A DNA stretch of 32,000 nucleotides from an uncultured bacterium (GTDB lineage: Bacteria > Margulisbacteria > WOR-1 > CAVSGV01). Position numbers and translations under genes: made by a program. The notes below the pieces were generated by a model. It was not told the DNA's origin. It worked only from the letters and a program-made list of their open reading frames with translations, and made no database searches. Below are positions 15,190 to 23,231 of this stretch, piece after piece (position 1 is the first letter of the stretch; the number at the start of each line of letters is the position of its first letter). The DNA lies in NCBI GenBank assembly GCA_963699255.1, contig OY969425.1:180001-212000 (forward strand). Reading direction: 5' to 3'.

Positions 15190-15274
15190 GGATTGAGATA
15201 AGAGATTTGAGATCGGAGATCAGAAAAAAGAATATATCTCTACTCCACTCTCTAATCTCTATTCTCTAATCTCC
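15190..15274. repeat. long imperfect palindrome with a purine-rich arm and a pyrimidine-rich arm (GAGAT / ATCTC words)
   Basis: The arm GGATTGAGATAAGAGATTTGAGATCGGAGATCAG faces ATCTCTACTCCACTCTCTAATCTCTATTCTCTAATCTCC. It fills the hisA-pckG intergenic gap. Confidence 0.6.
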
Positions 15275-15286
15275 AGTTATTAGATT

Positions 15287-16015
15287 TTACTGTATTTTGA
15301 GGGCGTCTTCAAGGGAGAATTTTCCTTCATATAGAGCTTTGCCGATAATGCAGCCTGCCACCCCTTCGATATTTTTGATCTTTTTTATATCATCAAGGGA
15401 CGATATTCCGCCTGACGCGATTACAGGGATCTTTATTGAAGACGCCATATCTTCGATCGCTTCAAAATTCGGACCCTTTAAGGCTCCGTCCCTTGAGGTA
15501 TCGGTAAAGATTATTGTTCTTACTCCCATATCCTCCAGGTCTTTCGCGAAAGTTTTTGCGTCGATGTCCGTGACATGTGTCCATCCGTCCGTTGCCACGC
15601 GTCCGCCGGAAGCGTCAACTCCCACGGCGATCTTGTCGCCGAATTTCGCTGCGATGCTTTTTACAAAGCGTTTGTCCACGACTGACCTTGTTCCCACGAT
15701 CACTCTTTTTGCCCCGCAGCCCAGGAGGAATTCTATGGTTTCAACGGTCCTTACTCCGCCGCTTACCTCAAAGTTGATCTTGAACGACTCGATTATTTCC
15801 CTGATGATCTCCAGGTTCTCCTGGAAGCCGGTCTTTGCCCCGTTTAGGTCAACAAGGTGCATCCATTTTGCGCCGAGGTTCACCCACCTCTGGGCGGCTT
15901 CAAGCGGGCTGCCTGAATATACGGTTTCCGCGTCGAACTTTCCCTGGAAAAGCCGGACGCATTTGCCGTCAAGTATATCCACTGCCGGTATTATGTTGAA
16001 TTTGCTCATTTGCAT
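15287..16015 (-). CDS. hisA: 1-(5-phosphoribosyl)-5-[(5-phosphoribosylamino)methylideneamino]imidazole-4-carboxamide isomerase
   Basis: The N-terminal IIPAVDILDGKCVRLFQGKF and the overall (beta/alpha)8 HisA pattern. An alternative ATG at 16009 gives an ATGA overlap with the hisH stop. Confidence 0.9.
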   Translation of the reverse strand: MQMSKFNIIPAVDILDGKCVRLFQGKFDAETVYSGSPLEAAQRWVNLGAKWMHLVDLNGAKTGFQENLEIIREIIESFKINFEVSGGVRTVETIEFLLGCGAKRVIVGTRSVVDKRFVKSIAAKFGDKIAVGVDASGGRVATDGWTHVTDIDAKTFAKDLEDMGVRTIIFTDTSRDGALKGPNFEAIEDMASSIKIPVIASGGISSLDDIKKIKNIEGVAGCIIGKALYEGKFSLEDALKIQ

Positions 16016-16638
16016 GACCTGGCGAAATTATCCAGGACCTTCAGCCCCATATCGCCGCTTTTCTCGATGTGGAACTGCACCCCGAAGATCTTGTCCTTGA
16101 CTATCGAGGAACAGAAATCCGTGCCGTATTCAGTTGTTGTCGCTATTATCGATCCATCGTCAGGGATGACGTAATAGGAATGCACAAAGTACATCATTGA
16201 TCCGTTCTCCACGCCATCGAAATAAGGGGTTTGTTTTTTGACCTTTATTGAGTTCCATCCCATCTGCGGCACTTTTAGGCGGGATGAAAGGGGAGGATGG
16301 AAGCTGAACTTTTTTACCTTGCCCGGCAAGATGCCGAATCCTTTAAGGGATCCTTCTTCGCTTTCATTGAATAACAGCTGAAGCCCCAGGCATATCCCAA
16401 GAAAAGGCTTGCCCATGGCTATCTCCTCTATGATCGTGCCTTCAAGGTTGGAAGCCCTCAGTTCCGATATTGCCGCGTCAAAAGCCCCGACACCCGGAAG
16501 TATGACCCCCGAAGCGCTTTTTATGGCATTTCTGTCCTTGGTGATGATTACGGAGTGCCCTAATTTTGTTAAAGCCTTCTCCACGCTCCTGAGGTTGCCC
16601 ATCCCATAATCAATGATAACGATCATAACCCTATTCAT
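16006..16638 (-). CDS. hisH: imidazole glycerol phosphate synthase, glutamine amidotransferase subunit
   Basis: The IIDYGMGNLRSVEKAL N-terminus and the GVGAF and catalytic-Cys (LGICLG) blocks. The start was moved to ATG 16638 (GAAGGGG upstream) because the ORF-track start at 16785 overlaps glk. ATG 16626 is an alternative. Confidence 0.88.
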   Translation of the reverse strand: MNRVMIVIIDYGMGNLRSVEKALTKLGHSVIITKDRNAIKSASGVILPGVGAFDAAISELRASNLEGTIIEEIAMGKPFLGICLGLQLLFNESEEGSLKGFGILPGKVKKFSFHPPLSSRLKVPQMGWNSIKVKKQTPYFDGVENGSMMYFVHSYYVIPDDGSIIATTTEYGTDFCSSIVKDKIFGVQFHIEKSGDMGLKVLDNFARSCK

Positions 16639-16661
16639 CACCCCTTCGATCCGGCGTAATA

Positions 16662-17567
16662 TTACTCCGGAAGAACCCTCATGCAGATGGCTATTGCACC
16701 CATTACGCCGGCATTGTTTTTTAGCTTCGCAGGAACAATTATCAGGGATTTTCTGGACGCTTCCATTGAATATTGTTTGGCCCAATGTTTCACGGGGTCG
16801 AGAAGAAGCCTGCCCATGTTCGAAACGCCGCCGCCGACCACAAAAATGTCAGGATTAAGTATGTTATTCAAGTTAGCGATGCCTATGCCTATGTATTTTG
16901 CGGCTTTTTCAATCGCATTTTTAGCCCTTTTGTTGCCGCGTCTGGCCGCCAATTCGGCTTCCAGCGCGTTTTTCTGGCCTGCCATCCTTGCTATGGCGGG
17001 GCCAGCAGCCAGGGCTTCCAGGCAGCCGCGGTTGCCGCAGCCGCACTTTGGGCCTTTTGGGTCGATCACCATATGGCCTATCTCCCCGGCTGTGCCGATG
17101 GAGCCCGTATAAACCTTGCCGTCGATTATAATTCCGCCCCCGATGCCTGTGCTTAAAGTGATGTAAATAAGGTTCCTGAAGCCTTTTCCCGCGCCGAAAC
17201 TGAATTCGCCGAAAGCGGCAGCGTTGGCGTCATTTTCAACGTAGATTTTTTTCTTAAGTTCCCTCTGCAGTATGGATTTGATGTTGACATTCTGCCATCC
17301 GGGAAGGTTAGGAGGGGAAACGACGATCGCCTGTCCCAGGATCGGTCCCGGAGCGCCGATACCGATCTTTGATATCCTCGATAGCGGTATCCTTGCCTGT
17401 TTTGCCGCAAGGCTAATGGACCTGATGATGTTCTTGATGACCTTTTCCGGACCGAGTTTAGCCTGCGTGTCTATTCTGACAGTGGAGATGATCCTTCCTT
17501 CTGAATCAGACAGGGAAGTAAGTATTTTTGTCCCGCCGAGATCCACTCCGATGATCATGTTCAGCAT
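16662..17567 (-). CDS. glk: ROK family glucokinase
   Basis: The DLGGTK N-terminal ATP-binding motif, the ROK signature and the zinc motif CGCGNRGCLE. Confidence 0.85.
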   Translation of the reverse strand: MLNMIIGVDLGGTKILTSLSDSEGRIISTVRIDTQAKLGPEKVIKNIIRSISLAAKQARIPLSRISKIGIGAPGPILGQAIVVSPPNLPGWQNVNIKSILQRELKKKIYVENDANAAAFGEFSFGAGKGFRNLIYITLSTGIGGGIIIDGKVYTGSIGTAGEIGHMVIDPKGPKCGCGNRGCLEALAAGPAIARMAGQKNALEAELAARRGNKRAKNAIEKAAKYIGIGIANLNNILNPDIFVVGGGVSNMGRLLLDPVKHWAKQYSMEASRKSLIIVPAKLKNNAGVMGAIAICMRVLPE

Positions 17568-17590
17568 TATATCATAAAATAAACGGAATA

Positions 17591-17745
17591 CGGGAAATTG
17601 GGAATATGGGAATACAGTTTAGGAAATTAGGGAAAAAGGAAATCAAGGAAAGAAGGTGTGCGTTAGATCTTTCTTTTGTCTTCACTTTCCATTTTTCCCT
17701 CATCCCCAAACCGTATCCCTGTATCCCGGTATCCCTCTTTTCCCG
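17591..17745. repeat. ~155-nt imperfect palindrome with a purine-rich arm (GGGAA words) and a pyrimidine-rich arm
   Basis: CGGGAAATTGGGAATATGGGAATACAG...AGGGAAAAAGGAAATCAAGGAAAGAAGG faces CTTTCTTTTGTCTTCACTTTCCATTTTTCCCT...CTGTATCCCGGTATCCCTCTTTTCCCG. The outermost CGGGAAA/TTTCCCG pair perfectly. It fills the gap between the membrane-protein gene and glk. Confidence 0.6.
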
Positions 17746-17750
17746 ATGTT

Positions 17751-19325
17751 TTACTTTGTCTTTACTACACTGAAATATTTTCTGGGGATCTCATACTTTT
17801 CGATGAGGAGTCGATTTCTGGCGTTCCTTTTGAGGAAGATTATGGCGTACCGGTCGGCAAAGACGGGCGCCCAGCGCGGATCGGATATGCGTTCGATCAG
17901 GAATTTTTGCCCCCAGGGCGTGAAGTCGCGATGGGAGAAGAATATCGCGTTAAATCTATATAATTTATCCTGTTCATCGAATATCGCGCTGTTTTCCTGG
18001 AGCGGGACGTAGATATCGCTAAAAAAGGATCCCGGATAAGCTTCCGGTCGGTTGTCGGTGAAAACTTTTTCCTTAGGATAAAGATGGTAGATCAAATAAC
18101 CCCCGATATCATAATTATTCAGGATCGGTCCCCGCAAGTTTTCTTTTATGAAAAAATCAGCCGATCCATTGACCCCCGGCGCCAGACCAGGAACGAATTT
18201 GTCAGGGGAAAAAATACGCTGGTAATGGCTGGATACGGTAGCGCCAAAAATAAGAAAGGACAGAAGAACGACCGACGCTTTGGCAAGCGAAGAATTCAAT
18301 TCGATCTTTGCTGCCAGCCCTTGTTTTATGTTATATGCAATGATCGGCAGGGCGAACAGTCCAAAAACTGTAAAATTTCGAATGGCCAGCCAGGCCATGA
18401 TGCTGAACGCCGCGCCCAGGCAAAAATATGCGAACGAAAAACCGCGGCGATTTGTGATCAATGCCAGAATGAAGCTGAAAACAAGCGCCGAGAAAGCTAT
18501 CTTAAAAAGCAGCAGGTTCGGATTGCTTATAAAGCCGAGTTTGTCCAGGAACCGGACCGACTGGTTCTCAACGATCCGGTAGCTGTAATTTTCGAATATC
18601 CTGAAAGGAGATAATAATCCTTTTAAGCCGAAGGGGTTTATTAATGTCGCCAGGATCACAGCGGCAAAAATGGTCCCCAGCTCCTTTGCCCTTGTCCTTA
18701 TCGCGTCAGAAGGGATTGCGATCTCAGAGACTGAAAAAATGCCGACAAGCGCGGGCCCCAGAATGAAATATATGTGGGCGTTGACCCATAAGGCCTGAAT
18801 GAGCGGCAAAATAACAAGCCATATATATGAAAGGGCTCCGGATCTATAATGCCAGAGGAGCCAGAGAAAAACCGCGCAAAAAAAGTAGCTGAAGACCTCC
18901 GGCCGGATCTCGGCGCGTTCAGCAATAAGCGGGATCAGCAGCAGGGAAACAGGCGCCGCTATTTCAAGGCCGGATTCTTTCCATGCCAAACGGAAGAAAA
19001 GCCAAAAAGTGATAAGGCTTACCATTATAAAGAAAAGGGAAAGCCCGTAAAATCCCGCCATCCTGTTTATCAGGAAGAAAATTACGCCGCTTCCCCAGTG
19101 ATGGTTTAAAACGGCGAATTCAGGATGCGTGTATGAATAGAAATTTGTATTCAGTACCCCGAAGTTTCCCTGCAGGATCATCTGGCCGTTCTTTATGTGC
19201 CGGCCCAGATCGGCGGTGGTAAGATCTATGGGACGGACAAGAAAAAGGCCGTACCAGCCAAGCAATAAAAGCGCGATAATAATATGAAAGGACTTTGTTG
19301 CTTTTGCTTTTCTTTGGCGTTCCAC
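17751..19325 (-). CDS. polytopic integral membrane protein, possibly GT-C-like glycosyltransferase
   Basis: 524 aa with a GTG start, more than 10 hydrophobic segments and a soluble C-terminal domain. The architecture resembles lipid-linked-sugar (GT-C) transferases, but I recognise no diagnostic motif. Confidence 0.35.
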   Translation of the reverse strand: MERQRKAKATKSFHIIIALLLLGWYGLFLVRPIDLTTADLGRHIKNGQMILQGNFGVLNTNFYSYTHPEFAVLNHHWGSGVIFFLINRMAGFYGLSLFFIMVSLITFWLFFRLAWKESGLEIAAPVSLLLIPLIAERAEIRPEVFSYFFCAVFLWLLWHYRSGALSYIWLVILPLIQALWVNAHIYFILGPALVGIFSVSEIAIPSDAIRTRAKELGTIFAAVILATLINPFGLKGLLSPFRIFENYSYRIVENQSVRFLDKLGFISNPNLLLFKIAFSALVFSFILALITNRRGFSFAYFCLGAAFSIMAWLAIRNFTVFGLFALPIIAYNIKQGLAAKIELNSSLAKASVVLLSFLIFGATVSSHYQRIFSPDKFVPGLAPGVNGSADFFIKENLRGPILNNYDIGGYLIYHLYPKEKVFTDNRPEAYPGSFFSDIYVPLQENSAIFDEQDKLYRFNAIFFSHRDFTPWGQKFLIERISDPRWAPVFADRYAIIFLKRNARNRLLIEKYEIPRKYFSVVKTK

Positions 19326-19385
19326 AAATTTATTATAGCATATCCGGCCGATTTTCCATGCAGGCTAAAGAATACATTAATATGA

Positions 19386-19414
19386 TTGCAATGTTATAAA
19401 TATAATCATATAAT
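19386..19414 (+). promoter_or_regulatory. sigma-70-type promoter TTGCAA-N17-TATAAT
   Basis: TTGCAA (19386-19391), a 17-nt spacer and TATAAT (19409-19414), 50 nt upstream of the ATG at 19465. Confidence 0.5.
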
Positions 19415-19464
19415 ATGCAACGAGGATCCAAAAAGGAATTTATCCTTATATAAGGAGGTTTTTT

Positions 19465-22017
19465 ATGTCAAAGAAAATGGTTTTTTGCCTCTGTATTCTC
19501 CTTTCCATCTTTTCCTTTTCCGTTTTTGCAGCAATACCGCGGACTATTTTTTATCAGGGGAAGCTATTGGATAAAGCAAGCAACCTTCCTGTCACCGAGA
19601 CCAAGGACATAACATTTACAATATACAGATCTTCTGACGGATCATCGCTTTGGTCACAGAAAATATCGATTACCCCGGATAGTAACGGGAATATCAGCCA
19701 GATCATAGGGCCTATCCCGGCCAGCGTTGATTTTAGCAGCGCATATGAGATCGGGCTCAATGTTGACGGGGAAGAGATGTCCGCGCGGCAGCAACTGACC
19801 GCGGCTCCTTATGCTTTAAGGGCGATGGTGGCGGATTCTCTCGCAAGCGGAGGGTCCAAAACAGCGGGGATGGGCGTTATGTCCGGCACAGCTGCAGACT
19901 ATGCGACATTGAGCGGCACTTCGTCGAACTGCGTCGGCGCTGCGAGGACATCCAACTACGCAGCATTGAGCGGAACTTCGTCCAGCTGTACCGGCTCTGT
20001 TTCTTATGCATCTTTGAGCGGAACTTCGTCCAGATGTACCGGCTCTGTTTCTTATGCATCTTTGAGCGGAACTTCGTCCAGATGTACCGGCTCTGTTTCT
20101 TATGCGATATTGAGCGGGACTGCATCCACATGTTCCGGGCCAGTTCCATATGCGACATTGAGCGGGACTGCGTCCAACTGTTCAGGAATTAGCGGAACCG
20201 CAAATTATATTTCAAAATTTACAGCCGCAAAAACACTTGGGAATTCGATCATTTATGATAATGGCACAAACGTGGGCATCGGGAAGACGGGTCCTGGGGC
20301 CAAACTGGATATAGGAGGCCTTGCGGAAAATGCTCAAGGGTTAAGGGTCATTAACACAAACAAGCAGGATATTTTCCTTGTTCCTCTATTAAGTGGCTGG
20401 GGATACAATCATCTGTCTAATGCTGGTGATGCCGGCATCTTTTATGAATCAACCGGATTAGTAATTGGTCCATGGGAAAATGCTTACAAGGGTATTCGTA
20501 TTGATTCATCCGGCAATGTGGGCATCGGGGCGCCGACTCCAGGGGCGAAGTTGGATGTTATTGGTTCTGTGAGGATTGCCGATGGGACTCAGGGCGCAAA
20601 CAGGGTCTTGATTTCGGACGCGAACGGCTTAGCCAGCTGGAAGGCTCTTTCCAGTATATCGGGAGCAGGGATGGGAGTTATGGCCGGGACAACTGCAGAC
20701 TATGCAGCATTGAGCGGATATTCTTCAATGTGTACAGGAACTGCTAAGACAGCCACCTATGCGCTATTGAGTGGAACCGCGTCGAATTGTATCGGACCTG
20801 TAAGGTATTCTGCTTTATCAGGGGTAGCCAGCGCATGTTCCGGTAATGCAAATACAGCAAACACAGCAAATACTGCAAATGTAGCCATCGCGGCAAAATA
20901 TTCTGTGATGAGCGCCGTTTCTTCAATGTGTGTGGGTACCGCGAATTTGACCTCAATTAAGGTCACCGCCGGGACACCGGGCGCGGGTAAGGTCCTGACC
21001 TCAGATCAATACGGCAATGCTACATGGCAGACCTCCAGCAAAGTATCAGGGATGGGTATCATGTCCGGCACATTCGCAGACTATGCAACCATGAGCGGGA
21101 TATCATCAAATTGTACAGGAACTGCTAAGACAGCCACATATTCTTTATTGAGTGGAACGGCGTCGAACTGTGTCGGCAGCGTGAATACAGCGAAATATGC
21201 TGCTTTATCGGGGGTAGCCAGTGTTTGTACAGGGGCTGTAAATATGGCAAATACAGCCAATATAGCAAAATATTCTGCAATGAGCGCAGTATCTTCGATG
21301 TGTGTGGGTACTGCGAACTTGAGCTCACTTCGGGTTACCGGAGGCACTCCGGGTGCGGGCAAGGTTTTGGTTTCGGATGCGAACGGATTAGCTACCTGGC
21401 AGACACCCGCCGGTGGCTCTCAATTGACGGTGAGGGGGAGAACATCCCGACTCGCTAAATTTGCCGATGGGCTTGATATGAACGCATCATCAAATACAAT
21501 TGAATACTCATCAATTTACGAACACAATGGCCTTGTTGGTATTGGATGTAATCCAGGAGTAATGACTTATACGGTATTAAATGTATTGGGCAGTTCAGAG
21601 TTAATTGGCGATGTTAGAGTTGATGGGCAGGTGACGATCACCGGAGGCGCTCCGGGTGCGGGCAAGGTCTTGATTTCGGATGCGAACGGATTAGCTACCT
21701 GGCAGCCCCCTATAGTAACCACTACAGCCACGGCTTCTGTAACAGCCATAACCAGTGCTTATACGGTTCTTCCTACAGATTCCATTATATTATGTACAGC
21801 TAATTACTTTACAATTACCCTTCCGTCAGCTGTCGGGCTCAAAGGGAAAATGTATACGTTTAAAAGGGTGTATGGCAATAATGCCCCCGGCCCGATATCG
21901 ATAGTAACTACCGGCCAACAAATGATAGACGGGGCGGGATCTTATAGTTTGAACAATAATAATTTTGTAGTAATAGTTTCGGATGGAGCTAATTGGCAAA
22001 TTATATCAAAGGGATAA
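19465..22017 (+). CDS. secreted tail-fibre-like repeat protein (putative surface adhesin), 850 aa
   Basis: Signal peptide MSKKMVFCLCILLSIFSFSVFA and SD AAGGAGG. It has 14 copies of a ~16-aa single-Cys repeat (YAxLSGTxSxCxG), GNVGIGxxxPGAKLDV motifs as in phage tail-fibre-like proteins, and four GxPGAGKVLxSDxNGxAxWQ motifs. Confidence 0.6.
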   Translation: MSKKMVFCLCILLSIFSFSVFAAIPRTIFYQGKLLDKASNLPVTETKDITFTIYRSSDGSSLWSQKISITPDSNGNISQIIGPIPASVDFSSAYEIGLNVDGEEMSARQQLTAAPYALRAMVADSLASGGSKTAGMGVMSGTAADYATLSGTSSNCVGAARTSNYAALSGTSSSCTGSVSYASLSGTSSRCTGSVSYASLSGTSSRCTGSVSYAILSGTASTCSGPVPYATLSGTASNCSGISGTANYISKFTAAKTLGNSIIYDNGTNVGIGKTGPGAKLDIGGLAENAQGLRVINTNKQDIFLVPLLSGWGYNHLSNAGDAGIFYESTGLVIGPWENAYKGIRIDSSGNVGIGAPTPGAKLDVIGSVRIADGTQGANRVLISDANGLASWKALSSISGAGMGVMAGTTADYAALSGYSSMCTGTAKTATYALLSGTASNCIGPVRYSALSGVASACSGNANTANTANTANVAIAAKYSVMSAVSSMCVGTANLTSIKVTAGTPGAGKVLTSDQYGNATWQTSSKVSGMGIMSGTFADYATMSGISSNCTGTAKTATYSLLSGTASNCVGSVNTAKYAALSGVASVCTGAVNMANTANIAKYSAMSAVSSMCVGTANLSSLRVTGGTPGAGKVLVSDANGLATWQTPAGGSQLTVRGRTSRLAKFADGLDMNASSNTIEYSSIYEHNGLVGIGCNPGVMTYTVLNVLGSSELIGDVRVDGQVTITGGAPGAGKVLISDANGLATWQPPIVTTTATASVTAITSAYTVLPTDSIILCTANYFTITLPSAVGLKGKMYTFKRVYGNNAPGPISIVTTGQQMIDGAGSYSLNNNNFVVIVSDGANWQIISKG
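19991..20105 (+). repeat. perfect 48-bp tandem repeat, ~2.4 copies, in-frame (SVSYASLSGTSSRCTG)
   Basis: CCGGCTCTGTTTCTTATGCATCTTTGAGCGGAACTTCGTCCAGATGTA occurs at 19991-20038 and again at 20039-20086. A third partial copy runs to 20105. Confidence 0.9.
20664..21404 (+). repeat. two ~370-bp paralogous coding blocks within the 850-aa protein
   Basis: Block 20664-21033 and block 21047-21404 both run from GMGxMxGTxADYAxxSG to GTPGAGKVLxSDxxGxATWQT. A shorter third block starts at ~19868. Confidence 0.75.
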
Positions 22018-22044
22018 AATCAGTTTTATTTTTGAGCCATAATT

Positions 22045-22953
22045 TTGAAATTTAAGTTTCGGGGGTATTTTGTGCTCAAAAGGGCATTGATCATTCAGGT
22101 TGTTTTGCTGCTTTTTTCCCCCATCGCAAGCGTGTCAGGCTCTTTTGCTTTCACAATGAACAGCCAAAATTATGTTTTGCCGGCGGGTACAATTGGCGGC
22201 GTGGGCACACTTGAAACTTCCACTTCATTAAGCTATGAGCTTTACTCCAGTATCGGGCAGGTATCCCCGGTAGGGTCGTCGGATAGCGGTAGCTATTCGC
22301 TGCGTTCAGGCTATGTTTGCACGCTTTTTGATGATATCTATATTTACAATGTCAATATAGATGGCAGTACCGCTTCGTCGGCGACATCAATTTCAGATAA
22401 GCCTGTTATTTCGGCTGACATACTTGATGAGTGCTTAACACCGGGCTCAACAAGCGTTGAAGTGTATGTGGACGGCAAAAAATATCTTGTGGGACTTGTA
22501 AAGACTGGCCATAAAAAATATCATTTTTCGTGCAGCCCGGGAGCATTAATTAGCGGCGTGACACATGAGGTGGAGATCCGAGCCACAAACCTTGGAGGCT
22601 CAGCCGACTATTTCGGACTCAAGCAGCTTAAGCATCCCGGCATACTTTCCATCACAAGCAAGCCGAAGAACGTGCCGAATCCTTTCAGACCGAAGCACGG
22701 CGAAGGGACAACGATAATGTACGATCTTTCTTCTGATACCGGCACAAAACTGATCATTTACGACATAACAGGCAAAGCGGTGTGTCAGAAGTCCTTTGAT
22801 CCCGGAGATGAAGGCGGGAGATCAGGCCTGAACAGCGTCTTCTGGGACGGGAAAAACGACTTTGGGGAATATGTCGGAAATGGAGTGTACATATTTATTA
22901 TTACCTCTGGCAGCAAGATGCTTTCCAAGGGTCAAATGATGGTTGTGGACTAG
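22045..22953 (+). CDS. secreted protein with C-terminal FlgD-Ig-like / T9SS-CTD-like domain
   Basis: C-terminal block NVPNPFRPKHGEGTTIMYDLSSDTGTKLIIYDITGKAVCQKSF...NSVFWDGKNDFGEYVGNGVYIFIITSG. The likely true start is GTG 22072 (GGGGG 6 nt upstream), giving signal peptide MLKRALIIQVVLLLFSPIASVSGSFA. Confidence 0.65.
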   Translation: MKFKFRGYFVLKRALIIQVVLLLFSPIASVSGSFAFTMNSQNYVLPAGTIGGVGTLETSTSLSYELYSSIGQVSPVGSSDSGSYSLRSGYVCTLFDDIYIYNVNIDGSTASSATSISDKPVISADILDECLTPGSTSVEVYVDGKKYLVGLVKTGHKKYHFSCSPGALISGVTHEVEIRATNLGGSADYFGLKQLKHPGILSITSKPKNVPNPFRPKHGEGTTIMYDLSSDTGTKLIIYDITGKAVCQKSFDPGDEGGRSGLNSVFWDGKNDFGEYVGNGVYIFIITSGSKMLSKGQMMVVD

Positions 22954-23003
22954 GCCCCTCATACCACTTTTCCAGTTCTTCTCCTATCGATTTATTGATT
23001 AAA
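22666..23003 (+). repeat. dispersed duplication, copy 1 (CTD-coding segment plus ~50 nt 3' flank)
   Basis: High nucleotide similarity to 24470-24812. The shared 3' flank words are TTCTTCTC and ATTTATTGAT. Confidence 0.7.
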
Positions 23004-23105
23004 TTGAAAAAATGAAAGTCCCCTATACTTTTACTAACTATCTCCTTTACGGCATGGAAGTATATACCATGCCTGTCATAAGGCAGTCGGCAAATTTCAA
23101 AATTC

Positions 23106-23143
23106 ATGCAAGTTTGATCCCCCATAACCCGATTATATAAGTG
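23106..23143 (+). promoter_or_regulatory. sigma-28-like promoter motif, copy 6
   Basis: ATGCAAGTTT-gatcccccataacc-CGATTATATAAGTG, 89 nt upstream of the ATG at 23232. A small CCCCG-GAAAG-CGGGG hairpin lies in the leader. Confidence 0.5.
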
Positions 23144-23231
23144 TAAGGCCCCGGAAAGCGGGGCAGCCATCTGCAAGAAAAGAACAAAGCTAGAGGTGGC
23201 AATGTTCTTTTCGGTTTTTAGGGGGGAGCAA

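Noticed and set aside
15297-16100. 267-aa + strand ORF antisense to hisA/hisH
   Set aside because: It lies entirely within confidently identified minus-strand genes and has a low-complexity Ser/Pro/Arg composition typical of antisense frames.
16639-16785. 49-codon N-terminal extension of hisH in the ORF track
   Set aside because: It overlaps the 3' end of glk and has no similarity to HisH. The conserved HisH N-terminus (IIDYGMGN) starts right after ATG 16638/16626.
17591-17640. Four GGG tracts that could form a G-quadruplex
   Set aside because: One loop would be ~19 nt. The same region is better explained as one arm of the long palindrome.
18134-18165. GCAAGTTT ... CCGAT resembling the promoter motif
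   Set aside because: The spacer is 20 nt instead of 14, the ATG prefix is missing, and it lies inside the minus-strand membrane-protein CDS.
20664-21404. The two ~370-bp paralogous blocks as a DGR template/variable repeat pair
   Set aside because: The differences between the blocks involve all four bases rather than adenine-specific substitutions, and no reverse transcriptase gene is nearby.
19868-21404. Periodic short repeats that might be mistaken for a CRISPR array
   Set aside because: The repeats are in-frame coding repeats of one long ORF with a signal peptide. There is no repeat-spacer architecture and there are no cas genes.
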